A stretch of 64,000 nucleotides of DNA from contig NC_133622.1 of assembly GCF_048593235.1 (NCBI RefSeq), forward strand, positions 205,499,198 through 205,563,197, written 5' to 3'. The first letter of the stretch is position 1. The number at the start of each line of letters is the position of its first letter. The translations under genes and the position numbers were made by a program. This document shows positions 12,268 to 24,855 of the stretch, piece after piece. The notes beneath the pieces were generated by a model. That model did not search any database and was not told the origin of the DNA. It worked only from the letters and a program-made list of their open reading frames with translations. This stretch comes from Sminthopsis crassicaudata (Eukaryota).

Positions 12268-13261
12268 GTAAGAGCTCTCTCTTCTCTCTTTTTCTTCTTC
12301 CCTCTGGATTCAAACACAGCAGTGCAGAACAGCATTCTCCCCAGCCCCAGCCTCAGGCATGTGGGGGAGGTTCTTACACTCAGGAAAAGACAGACAGGGT
12401 GCTACAGTGAAAAGCTCACTGACTGTGGGGTCAGAGAAACTGTCTTCAAGTCTAGGGCATCACTTACTTTCTGAGTGATTTGGGGTAAAATAAATCACTT
12501 AGCTTCCCTAGGCCTCAGATCTTGAGCTGTGCAATAAGGAGGGTGGACTAACTAGGCTTCCTGGCTCCTTCCAGTCCGAGATATACTCAGTCATTCAATA
12601 CACACGTTATTTTATAGAGTCAGACCCCAGTTTTATCACTTCTACCTATGTGACCATGGACAAATCGGGTATCGCTGAGCTTTAGTTTCTTTATTTACAA
12701 AATGATGCTCTTGGGGCAGATAGCCTCTGAGATAATATGTGGAATGTGCTTTACAAACTTTCACGTGTTATACAAATGTTAGTTCTTATGTGATCATTTA
12801 CCTCCACCATCTTGTCTCTACCTTCCATGAAGGTTGTATAGATAGTACTTGATAGCTGATTGGACATGGGAAGTAAGAGAGAGGGAGGAGTTTGAGGGAG
12901 GAGTTTGAGGGAGGCTTGAGCCTAGCTGACAAGGAGGATGGTACCCTTGATACATCATCTTCTCTGAAAAATAGGGAAGCTAGGAGGAAGAAAAGATGAA
13001 CATGTTAATGTTAGATTGAAGGTGTCTACAGAATACCTAGTTCATGAAATTATGTTTAGGCAGTTGGAAATGGGAGATGTTTTCTACTTCAACCCCTGTT
13101 GTTTCTACTTTAAGATTCATCAGTATTAGATGGGGGAAAGAAATGTGCACTTGGAATCAGAAGACTTGTATTCCATTTCCAGTTCTGCTGCTTGCTAGCT
13201 TGAGAAAATAAAGTCCTTATTTTTGGCCTCAATTTACTCATCTGTAAAAGGAGAGGTTGGA

Positions 13262-13483
13262 CTTTTGTTGTGTTCAATTGTCCATGACCCCATTTGGGGT
13301 TTTCTTGGCAAGGATAATGGAATAGTTCACCATTTCCTTCCCCGGCTTATTTTAGAGATAAGGAAACTGAAGTTAAGTGACTTATTCAGAAACTCACAGC
13401 TAGAAAATATCTGAAGCTGGATTTGAATTCAGGAAATTGACTGCAGGCTTGGTTGGCCCTCATCTGTCGCACCATTAGCTGCC
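13262..13483 (-). mobile_element. MAR1-type CORE-SINE
   Basis: Reverse complement of the same head, CORE and tail (ccatttggggttttcttggcaag). Confidence 0.7.
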
Positions 13484-13500
13484 TGGAGACTGGATTAGAT

Positions 13501-14140
13501 CCTTTTTTTTTTTTTTTAATTTTAATTTTTAATTTACTTGTTTTCTAGGAAATTTACTTATGTTTCATACACAATATTTTATGAGTCATATTGCGAGAGA
13601 AAAATCAGAGCAAAAGGAAAAAGTCTTTTGGAGAGAGAAAAATAATACAGAAAAAAAGCCTGTTTTGATTTACATTCAGTTTCCTTAGTTCTTTTTCTGG
13701 ATGCAGATGGCGTTCTATCCAAAATCTATTAGGATTGCTTTGGGTCACTGAATCACTGAGAAGAACCAAGCCTTTCTTAGTTGATTATCACACATTCTTG
13801 CTGTTATTGTGTACAACGTACTCCAGTCCAACTTGTTTCACTCAGCATCAGTTCATATCAATCATTCCAGGCCTTTCTAAAATCAGCTTTTTTTTTTTTT
13901 TTTTTTTTTTAATAGAACAATAATATTCCATTATCTTCATGTACAACTTGTTCAATCATTCCCCAATTGATGGGCATCTACTCATCTTCCAATTCTTTGC
14001 TACCACAAAAAGAACTGTTACAAACATTTTTGCCCATGTGGGTCCTTTTCCCTCCTTTATAATTTCCTGGTAATACAGACCCAGTAGTGGCACTGTTGGG
14101 TCAAAGGGTATGCACAGTTTTATAGTCCTTTGGGAGTGGT
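13501..14140 (-). mobile_element. 5'-truncated L1 (end of ORF2 plus 3' UTR)
   Basis: Poly-T start; ORF2 C-terminal-like sequence (cccaaaggactataaaactgtgcatacc on -); near-TSD ctggattagat/ctagattagat. Confidence 0.8.
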
Positions 14141-15968
14141 CTAGATTAGATTTTAACTGGACCTTCTAGGAACCAGGTAAAACCTTTGGACCCTTTCTCA
14201 GAATTACATTTTAAAATAAAGTATGCAGTATTATTTAAAAAATATATTAAAAATTATCAAAAATTTAAAAAAAATTATAAATCCATGGACCCTGGGCTAA
14301 GAATCCTTGACTAGATGATCTCCAAGTCCCTTCTCTGCTGGCCTGTGATGTGTGATTGAACAGTGTCATCATCATGTAAAATATAAGAGATGAATTGGGA
14401 ATTATAAGTTATGTTTTTATGTTGACATCATGGTTTAGGGGGAATCTGTGTGAGTCTGCTGACTTGGAGGGCCCTCCAACTCGCCACCTGTAGATGACAG
14501 TCTTTTGTGCCTTCCTTGACAAGAGACTTTTTAGATTTGTTGGTCTTTCTACCCTTGGCCTTGAGTGATAGTGGACACGTGTATAGTATACAAAGTTGAT
14601 ATTTGGCTAGTCAGCATATTTTGGGGGTACATTCACAACTTTAAATTTCAATAAGAAATTCATATCCCAAAATGAAATGGGAAATCAGCTTCTCCTTTTC
14701 AAATACAGCTTAATTATCATGGATAGAGATCTGGCTCTAGAGCCAGAGAGACTGAGTTCCACTCTTGCTTTTTATGGGTATTGGCTGTGTGATCCTTGGC
14801 AAGTCACTTAATTTCTTAATTCTTTCTCAGTGACTTGATTTTGATCTTGATAAAGAGAATTTCCTCATGTAAGAAGAGTTCCTTTCCCAGGGAAATCACA
14901 GGAAATCACATTGCAGGCATAAATGATTCTTTTTTTTGAAAAGGAAATTTTTTTCTTTCTTACATTTATATTTAGTATTTTATTTTTCCCCAAATAATTT
15001 TTAACATTCATTTTTAAAACTTTGAGTTCCATATTCTCTCCCTCCTGTCATCATGCAAAATATTTCCCTAATGTCATGTTGTAAAAGAAAACTTAGAACA
15101 AGGAAAAAAAAAAACAGAGGAAATTTCTAAGAAATATACTTGGAAACCCCCACTTTTTTTCAGGCTTTCCAGACTACTTAATCTTTACTCTTTAAGGCCA
15201 TATGTGCTCTGCTCTTTGCAAGGGTAGCTTTCAAGAATTATAAGTAAATCAAAACATCTTTTTGTTTTAAATAACTTTCATTTCCAAATGTAGCTACAAA
15301 TAACCAAAGTCCTTATAATAATTTATACCCATAATCCTCTACCTCTGCACAGAAGGGAAGGAAGTTAATTTTCTTTGGAGACAAGTTTGGTCGCTACAAT
15401 TGCTGTTTTCAGTTTTGTTGTTATTATTTACTTCTTTCCATTTACATTGTTGCAGTCCTTGTGTTCCTGGTGCTGCTTCACTAGCCTGTGCATCCTTTCA
15501 TATGTCTTCCTGTGCTTCTCTGAATTGAAGAAGGGAAAATTTTGAGGTTTCTTTTTTCCTGACCTTTGGAAGACAATGTGGCCCCGGGGAAATGTTCTGG
15601 TCTTGGAACCAGAGCACCTGGGTTCAAATCCTGACTTTCATTTGTTGTCTATATAACATCGAACAAGACACTTCATGTCATTCATTAGGCCTCCCAAGGT
15701 CCCTCCCAGCTTTAAATCTGTGCTTCTGAGATGTAATCCTTTTCATTTGCAAGGCTCATTTATTGAGGGAGAAGCTCTGGAATTGCCCATAAAGTAGACT
15801 CTGGCACATTCTGACATTCACGGCAGACTCAATAAATATGGCCCTGGGTCCTGACAATGGAAAACAAATTACAGGTTGGAGGCCTTCTGTTCTCACAGAA
15901 GTTTAGTGCATTTGAAATCATTAGCATTGATTTTAGAGAGATCAGAGCTGTCACTGAGGCAATTCTCT

Positions 15969-16451
15969 CTCTCTCTTTTTTTTTTTTAATTAATTTTATA
16001 ATTATACTTTTTTTGACAGTATATATGCATGAGTAATTTTTTTTAACAGCATTATCCCTTGTATTCATTTTTCCAGATTTTCCTCTCCCTCCCTCTACTC
16101 CCTCCCCTAGATGACAGATAATCCCATACACTTTACATGTATTACAGTATAACCTATTTATAATATATGTGTGTAAATCCAATTTTCTTGTTGCACATTA
16201 AGTATTGGATTCTGAAGGTATAAGTAACCTGGGTAGATAGACAGTAGTACTAATATTTTACATTCACTTCCCAGTGTTCCTTCTCTGGGTGTAGTTGTTT
16301 CTGTCCATCATCAATCAACTGGAAGTGAGTTGGTTTTTCTTTATGGTGAAGATTTCCACTTCCATCAGAATACATCCTCATACAGTATTGTTGTTGAAGT
16401 GTATAGTGATCTTCTGGTTCTGCTCATTTCACTCAGCATCAGTTCATGCAA
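15969..16451 (-). mobile_element. 5'-truncated L1 3' end with exact TSD
   Basis: T-rich tail near 15975-15990; L1 3' UTR-like body; identical 19-mer gtcactgaggcaattctct at 15950-15968 and 16452-16470. Confidence 0.85.
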
Positions 16452-16744
16452 GTCACTGAGGCAATTCTCTACCTGCTTTGCAGTTGATTCCTTTAAACAA
16501 AATTAGCAACTTACATATCCATAATTACCTGCTTTTCTCAAAGCAGGTCTCTGTAGAAGGGTATAGAAGTACTATTATTCCCATTTTACAGATAAGGAAA
16601 CTGAGGCTTGGAGAGGTTAACTCATTTCTTTAACACTTGAACTGGACACCTGAACTCTTGTCTTCCAGGATTACTGCTGTTACCATATACCACATTGCCT
16701 CTTTTATGAAGTAGCTGGATTGAACAATATGAAAAAATTCAACA

Positions 16745-17060
16745 AGCTTTGATTAATCAATTGGTATATGCCAGGTATTGTGCTGGGGAGACAAAGGCAC
16801 AAATCAAACAATTCCTGCCCTTGGGGAGCTTACATATTCCATCAGGAGGAGAATAACAATTGTACATAAAAGTAAATAAAAAACAGTTGAGCAGAATAGA
16901 TCCCTGGGAATGAGGGAGGTTAGGAAAGGCTGTTGGACACTGGATGGTGGAACCTGTGCTAAGTCTTGAAGGTGAGGCACAGAGAGATGGAGGGCAGAGC
17001 CTTTGCAAAGGCATGGAGATCATCCTGTCTGAGGAACATCGAATGGCCAGGAGTATAGGG
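16745..17060 (-). mobile_element. L2 remnant
   Basis: tatgccaggtattgtgct...cctgcccttggggagcttacat...gcaaaggcatggag. Confidence 0.55.
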
Positions 17061-17151
17061 TGTGTGAAAACAGGGCATGGATGATTAGCCTAGGTTGACA
17101 GCCTGGAAAGTGGTCAGGACTGGGAGAGCAATACAGGGGATGCCTACAGAA

Positions 17152-17290
17152 CCTTCAGATCTGGGATTGATGCAGTGACCAATGGTGGCTTCTTCAGATC
17201 TGGGATCAATGTGATCAAAAGTGGCTTCTTTAGATTTGGAAATAATGCGGTGACCAATAGTGTCTTCTTCACATCTGGGATTGATGCAGG
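17152..17290. repeat. 39/36-bp minisatellite, about 3.6 copies
   Basis: cttcagatctgggattgatgcagtgaccaatggtggctt and variants. Confidence 0.85.
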
Positions 17291-18839
17291 TTCTAAATGT
17301 TCCTCTGTTATGGACTTTCAACTTAAAGGAACAAAATGCTAAGAGAAATCTCCTCCCTTAATGAAGTCCAGTGCCTGGAGGTTCAAACTCGGGGACCCCA
17401 AGATGCCAAGTGCTAAATCTTAGGAAAGCCATGTAGAATGAGTGATGGTGTCCTGGAGAAAGTTAATGAGCTGAGTTGTGTCCATGTCTTGCCACTTTAG
17501 CTTAGTCATCCTAATTGGGCTACTTTCATATGATTGGGCAACGCCTTATTTGTCTTAAAACCTGAATCTTAAAAACACATGTTCAGAGTCACATCACATT
17601 GCCCCAGGCTTCTGGTGTGGCCCCAAGAGCCACATCAGGCTTCCTCCCGAGATCCTGATTCCTTCCTAGCTTTAGTCCCCTCTTGGCTCTGCCTTCACAT
17701 GGATAGCAGGGAAAGGAGAGGACAGATTTAAGGTAGTTAGGGCTTGAAGAACAGAGATCCTGTTGATGTTTTCCCACTGGGATCGAGGCATCCCAGAGCA
17801 ACGTGGGAACATCTGAGCCAGGATGCAGTAGGCTTCAAGGACCCTTGGCCTGGACCCTGGTGGCTTTCTCTCTAGAGAACACAGTGTTTCCTGTAGCTCA
17901 GCTGCTTGGGACTCTGAGAGCTCAGACTATTATCTGGAATGCTGAGTGTGGTGGGCTTACTTGGCATCCTCAGGAACGATTTGTTGTTCCTGGCACCGAT
18001 GAGCAGCTTGGAGACAACACTGTTCATTAAGGCTGCTAATGGCTGCTGGCTCGGGCTCCAAACCTCAGCCTGCATTCTAGTCAGCAATACATTCTTGCCT
18101 CATTTGGCCCTACAAAGAACAGCCGGAGCCTACGGCTGCGTGCTAGTGCCTCGGGAGGTCTTTCCCTTTGGAGTTTTTGGCCTCTGTTCTATCCTGTTGG
18201 CTCAAATGGAGCTCAAAACCCACTGACACCAGGTCCTTTTCATGTAACCCACTAGCTAACCAGCCCATACTTTGTGGGGTGGATTTTTGGATCCAAATGT
18301 AAGACTTTATGTGTTTTTGCTGCCACCCTGACGGGTATATGATCTCACCATCGTGTATCCCCTTCAACTGTACAGCCGGTAAGGACATTCATGCTTTCTC
18401 ATCCGGTGGAGCTATTGTCTGGAGTCATTTACATACCCTCTATAGCAAATCCACCAGTGGCGCTGGGTACCTTCTTTATGACTTTCTGGGGATAGCTAGT
18501 GGGAACCCAAGGGCCATCTGCTCCATAACAACCCCCCCCCCCATTTCCACTTTGAAGGAGATATCCTTTGGGCCACTTTTATATAATTCTTTATTGAGAA
18601 TAAGTTAGTTTAATCATCCCCACAGTGCATCTCTCCATTGCCTCTTGGGCAACCAACACATAATTTGAATTCCTCAGAGATTGTAGTATTGTGTTTTGTA
18701 GGCAGGAAGCATCCTCAGAAGAATACTGATTTTTTAAAAAGGGTTTTTATTTCAGAGAGAAGCTTTGAGACTACTGCCTAATTTCCCAGTCCACTCTAAT
18801 CTACTCTGTTGCTCCCAGCTACATGCCTAAGATATATGT

Positions 18840-18842
<3 letters not shown>

Positions 18843-18874
<32 letters not shown>

Positions 18875-18933
18875 ACACTAATATACATGTGTGTGTTGAT
18901 ACATAGCTATATAGCCAATGTACTTATATACAT

Positions 18934-18976
<43 letters not shown>
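18843..18976. repeat. Compound (CA)n microsatellite
   Basis: Two CA tracts separated by an AT-rich spacer. Confidence 0.9.
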
Positions 18977-18979
<3 letters not shown>

Positions 18980-20318
18980 TGCATGAATATCAGCTCTATG
19001 GTCCTATCCATCTTAACTGCGTATATAGACAATAGACATTTTTCATCCACTTGTTTTTTCTCGTGTAGATAGTTAAACTCTTTTTAATGACTATGGATTT
19101 GTGCAGTATTCTGGAGTTTGATGCATTTGCCCCAATGTTACCCACAAAAAGAAGCACCTAGAGGACTTCACCATTTATAGGAAATCTCTAGTCCATTTGG
19201 ATTCTCCATTGGATGTCTATAGACATTGAAAGAGCCTGTGTGGATATCTGTTCTTTGAGCCTTGATTTGAGTGGCCTTAATTGTATCATTTTTGGGGTTC
19301 CATTTTGTTTTGTTTATACATTTATTCTGACCTTTGTTCTAAACAAGTGCACGGCAAACTGGTGATTCCTCTGTGATTCTCTAGGCTTTTTCTGCATGTT
19401 AGAATATAAGCAATTGTGCATATTTTCAAATGTTATCTGGTGGTTGCATATTTAGAACTTCCTGGTTTTCTTCTTGAAGAAAGAACACATTCTTTAAAGG
19501 CCTGACACTTCTTTGAAAATTCACTAGGAGGCCCCTGGGAATTCAGTCGTGGGTTTCTTAGTACCGAGGCAGAAGATAAAGGCATCAAGTGCTAGGAGAA
19601 AAAAAAGATTGTTTCAAGGCTGATAGAGATGTAGAACATTGTCTTGCTGAATGTCTTGGGGTCACTCATTTGTAAAACTGCGAAATAGCACTTTCATGTC
19701 TAAGAAGGGAATCTTTTGCTTCCTCATACCATCTGATGTCATCTGGCTAGTAGGAAAAAGCACTGATATGATAATAACTCAGATTTGTCTTACATCAATG
19801 GCATCAGAGAAGTTGTCCGTGGTCACACAGCTAGACAGTGTCTAAGGCAGAATTTCAGGATACAAATGCTGGACTCTATTACCCCGTAGCAGTTCTTTTG
19901 GTAAAAGTCACCCAAATGGACCCAAGCCAGAAGCTCATTCTCTTTCCTACCCCATAGAAAATGGTCCTTCTGACTGAAGAAGAGTCATAGATAGGGAAAA
20001 TGATAGGGATCCCCCAGGGGTTGGGTATGCTCCCTCTGTCTTTCACGTAGCACTGTCTGTGTTCATGTCCACATGCATGCCCTTCCTAATTGCCACAGTC
20101 TTCCTTAACAGGTTATTTCCCAACATTGTTTGGCTTTATTCTGATGTTGGGACGGCTATCTTCCAATCTGGTGCCCAGTCCTATCCTAAAAGCATCTCTC
20201 TAGCTCCCACCCTGCTGCCCCACCCCCGGAAGCATCACCCTGCTTCCTGAGGGACCTTCCTAAAAGGTCCTGCCATTCCTTTTCCCATCATGCCCTGCTC
20301 TCTGCTCCCTCCCCATAG

Positions 20319-20484
20319 ATCACTGTGGAGGATTACGAGCAGGCTGCCAAGAGCCTGGCCAAAGCCCTGATGATTCGGGAGAAGTATTCGAGGCTTGCCT
20401 ACCACCGCTTCCCAAGGACCACTGCCCAGTACCTGCGCCCTCAGAGGGCTGAGAAGTGGGGCCCTGGGGATGAGGTATTTCCAG
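20319..20484 (+). CDS. AMPD3: AMPD3 exon 4 ([23 protein letters not shown]...DEVFP)
   Basis: ccccatag| acceptor, G|gtatga donor; 166 bp; phase 1 end matches exon 5. Confidence 0.95.
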
Positions 20485-20624
20485 GTATGACTGGCTTTGT
20501 TGGGAAGGAGGGAGGAGGGATCCTGCTACTCCCAGAACTTCTTCTACAAGTTTGAATCAGCCTTTTTCTATGGGCTCAGAATTGCAAGAAATGCAAAGAT
20601 GAATAAGATATGATATCTGCCCTC

Positions 20625-20858
20625 AGGCAGCTAGAGGCCTAGGGAATAGAAGGCTCATCTTTCTGAATTCAAATCCAGCCTCCGACACTTAATAGCCATG
20701 TCACCCTGGGCAAGTCCTTTAACCCTGCTTGCGTCAGTTTTTCCCTCTGTAAAATGAGCAGGAGAAGAAAATGGCAAATCACTCTGATATCTTTGCCAAG
20801 AAAACCCCAAATGGGGTCATGGAGAGAGGATACAATTAAAAAGGACTGAACAACAACA
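20625..20858 (+). mobile_element. MAR1-type CORE-SINE
   Basis: ctgaattcaaatccagcctc head, CORE, tail aagaaaaccccaaatggggtc...gactgaacaacaac. Confidence 0.75.
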
Positions 20859-23800
20859 CCTGGAAACTCATTAATAGGGAATATAAGATGAAATGAATAC
20901 AGGTAACCATAATACATCCAGTAGATAGCAAAGTGGTATAGTCAGTGCTGGACTTATGTACCAAGAACTGTGCTAAGAGCTTTACAAATATTATCTTATT
21001 TTGTCTTTACAACTGCCCAGAGAGGTCAGTGATATGATTATTCCCCATTCTACAGTTGAGGCTAACAGTGACTTATTTAAGTGACTTGCCCAGAGTCACA
21101 CAGTAAGTGTCTGAGATAAAATTTGAACTCAGGTCTTCCTGATTTCAGACCCTCATTCTCCATGCTGTGCCATCTCCCTGAAGGGAAAGGGAAGGCATTC
21201 CGGGCATCCAGGCAGCATTGGCAAATGTGCAGAGGGAGGAAAAAGCAGGACAAGTAAGAGGGAGCCTAGCTAAATCAGAGCAGAGGCCGTTTGAAGGGAA
21301 GCTAAGAAGGGCTTATCATTCATCACCTGACTTTGTGAGACCCTCTCAAGAGCCAGAACCAATTTCCTCGAATCACATTTCCCCACAGGACTCTTAGATC
21401 CGGAATGGACCATGGGGATCATCAGGTCCAAACTTCTTCATCTTATTGATGCAGAACTGAGACCTCAAGACATTAAGAGGAAGTAGGTGGTTGGAAGTGG
21501 GCAGGTCTCTCTGACTGTGGAGACAGTGCCCTTTTCCTCTCCACCAAGATGCTTATTGTAGCTTCTGGATTTCTATTTATTCAACAAATATTTGAGTGCT
21601 CAGGATGTGTTTAACCCTGTTCTGAATATAGTGTTGAATATGGAACCTCATAAAACCTAGTCCCTGCCCTTGGGAGCCACACCTTCTGCTTATGAAATAT
21701 TTAAATAAAAATAAAAGACAGTATATGATTAAGTGTCTAAATGAGCACAGAAATGAGCCCGTTGGCGCCTCTCTTTAGCTCTCTGGGGCCAGAAAAAAGA
21801 TCGGTGTGGGCTGGGTGGACAGGGAAAGCTCTCTGGGGGAGGTACCGCGCTGCTTCTTTGATGGTCCCAGCATGCCAATTAGAGACTTGAGACTAAATAA
21901 TTTAAATGGAAAAATCGAGGGCAGGGGCAAGCCTTTCCTAAAACATTGCTCTTAAAAGCTCTTTTATGGGCTAATTGAACTCCTGCCCAGTGGAATGGTG
22001 TAGTGCCCTGGTGACAGGCAGCTCAGTGCCAGCTTCTTTACTGGCAGATTTCAAGAAGCTGTTTGGTTCTGCCTAGCTGCGTGCTCTTGGCACGGGCCTG
22101 TACAGGAGAGTGTGATCTTCTGGGGCTCGGGTTCCTTACCCATCCATAGGCTGTTTGCCTCCAGTGTAGCTCATGAAAACAAGTGAGTAAAAGAAGCAAG
22201 AGACCTAGATTTTAGTCCCGAAGGTCAGTGACTGCCTGAGGATCATAGAGTTAGACCTGGAAGAGACCTTGTCCAACCCCTTCATTTACAGATGGGTACA
22301 CTGAGTCCCAGGGGGACTGATCAAGGTCAGCAGGGGGTCCAAGGTCAGGCTTATTATCCGAGGTAGGGAGTAAGAGAAAGGTAGTATTGGAATCCAGCTC
22401 TTCTGATTTCAGACCAAAGTTCAAGGCTCTTTGAGTTTTTATTTCCTTATAAGGAATGACCCACTTGGTTCTGTTTAGGAATGTTGGAGAAATCAATCCA
22501 ATAATAGACAGGAGGCATGTTGGGCCTTTTAGAAGGAAGATGCTAAGCCCAGGGATGTTTGTGGAATGTGTGCCTGGGGACCAGGAAATGCCACGATGTG
22601 CTGGGAGGAGGTGACGGAATCCAGGGAGGCCCTGGAAGGATGAATCATGAAGTGAATTCATTTTAGATTTCATATCAAGAGGCCTTTTCTTCTGAGAACC
22701 TAAACAGTGTCCATAGGCTGGCGTGAGCCAGGGTTGAAAGGTCATCCCAGAGCAAGAATTTCAGGGATTCTATGAACTTGGATGGAGTAGAGGAAAAAAG
22801 AACAATAACAAACCAACCCTACATCTGTATTTTATTAACCTTTAGTTTCCTTTGTAATTCTGTGTATTCCATTTTGTGCATTTAAAAGCGTCATTCTGAG
22901 AAGGGATCCATAGGCTGCACCATTCTACCAAGGTGGACTATGTCACAAAAACCTAGAGGCAGCCCCAAGGCACAGTGGATAGAGCATCAAGCTCAGAGTC
23001 AGGAAAACCCGAGTTCAAATCTAGCCTCAGACTCTTAAGAAATAGGCAATCACTTAAACTTGTGTCTCAGTTTCCTCTTCTGTAAAAGGATGATGATTTT
23101 AGACCGACTCCTAGAGTTGTTGTAAGGATCAAAAGAAATGCTTGTGAAGCTCCTAGCACAGTGCCAAGGACATAGTAGTCGTTACATAAATATGATTATT
23201 GTTGTTGAAACGTTATTAATATTGGAAGCCAGAACTCTTCATGAAGTCCTTGAGCTGTCATCTAGTGCTTCTTCTGCCTTTTTGGAGATTTCTAGATTCT
23301 CAGATTTGTAAGGACCCTCTGGGGTCATCTAGTCTCACCCCCCTACTCAGAATGGGGAGGGTTCCCGCTCCAGCATCCTTGAGAAGTGATCGTGTACTCT
23401 CATTTCTGGTGATGGGGAGCTCCCCACCTGTGAGGGCATGCTGTTCCATTTTTGGGGCAGCATTACAGGGCAGTGGAAAAATACAGAATTCTGCCTTCAG
23501 ACCTCTGCTCCTCCACTTGCCACGTGTGTGATGATGCTCAAGTCATCTCATTGGGCCTTAATCTCCTTATCTGTCAAAAGAGGGAGGGATGGGCTGGCTG
23601 ATCCAGGGCCCCCCAGCTATAGATTTATGATCCTATAATCCAATTTTGAAAAAATTTTTGTATATGTGTGTGTGGGGGGAGGGCACACATATATATGCAT
23701 ATTATCTATCTATTCTTATGTATTGGGGAAATTTCTTATATATATAATTTCTTATATATTGAAATTTGCTACTCCATTTAACTCAGTTGTTTTTTTTTTT

Positions 23801-24673
23801 CCTTTGGAAAAGAGAATTCAGGGAAAGTCAGCACCATTTAGGTCTGGTTTCTGATGTCTTTTGGTCAGTGGCAGTTTATGGCAGGCCAGCCATGATATGG
23901 CCCCTGCCTTCCCATCTGAAGGAAAGGGAACATTGCTGGCCCACAGCAGGAATCAGTTCTAAGTTATTTTCCTAATCTAAAGTCATGTGATCTCTTGTAT
24001 ACAAATAGTGCTTAATAAATGCATGTTAAAATACATTGTTTAGGAGAGGAAGGGCAATTGCTTACTTACAAATGAGGATATTGAGACTGACAAGTAAAGG
24101 AACTTGCCTAAAGCCACTTTTGTACCTTTGTACAGATGTGCCTCCCTTTGCCATACTTGGAAAGTCTTTCTTTCTTCCACTTGGGGGAACTCTGTCTTAC
24201 CTCTGCACAAGTCCATGTCTACAGTTGCTAGTCTCCATCCCTTTCCAGTTCATTTCTATTTGTTTTACATATACCTTATTTTTACTCATCTGTGTCCCAT
24301 GTTGTTTCCCCAGTGGAATATAACAAGCCCCTGAGAGTAAAGGATATTGTTTTTGATAGCAAGGACTATTATGGCTTTGGCTTCATATCTCTAGCACCTA
24401 CCATTTAGTAGATGTTTAATAAATATATGTTGAAAGAGTGAATGAATGAATGGACTGACTGAATGAATGAATGAAACCAGTTAGTGAAATACTCAAACCC
24501 ATGTCTTACAACTACATTTCCATTGTTCTTTTTACTATGCTTTCCACTTTGCCCATGGATACCCCAAATGGGACTTGTACATACTTAGTTCTCAGTCAGT
24601 TAGCCTTTAGGCTTAGGAGATTGACAGACATGACTCTAATACCTGATTATTATGAGCATCAATTCCTACCTAC

Positions 24674-24807
24674 TTTTTTTTCTTTCTTTCTTTTTTAAAT
24701 TAAAGCTTTTTTTCAAAACATATGCACGGATAATTCTTCAACATTCTTACAAAACCTTGTGTTCCAGTTTTTCCCCTTCTTCCCCCATCCCCTCCCCTAG
24801 ATGGCAA
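24674..24807 (-). mobile_element. Short L1 3' fragment just upstream of AMPD3 exon 5
   Basis: T-rich tail plus ccctcccctagatggcaa motif, similar to the 15969 L1. Confidence 0.65.
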
Positions 24808-24855
24808 TGCCTATGTACTTTTGTGCCTTTCTGTGACCTCATTTATGTTTTACAG

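Noticed and set aside
17872-19330. Weak resemblance of - strand translations to LINE endonuclease/RT motifs (NVYRHP, GEIIYPSGW, PLAALMNSVVSKLL)
   Set aside because: The motifs are in different frames and their spacing does not fit RT architecture; likely over-reading without an HMM search.
22251-22745. 164-aa antisense ORF
   Set aside because: Part of it translates MIR-derived sequence, and no domain is recognisable.
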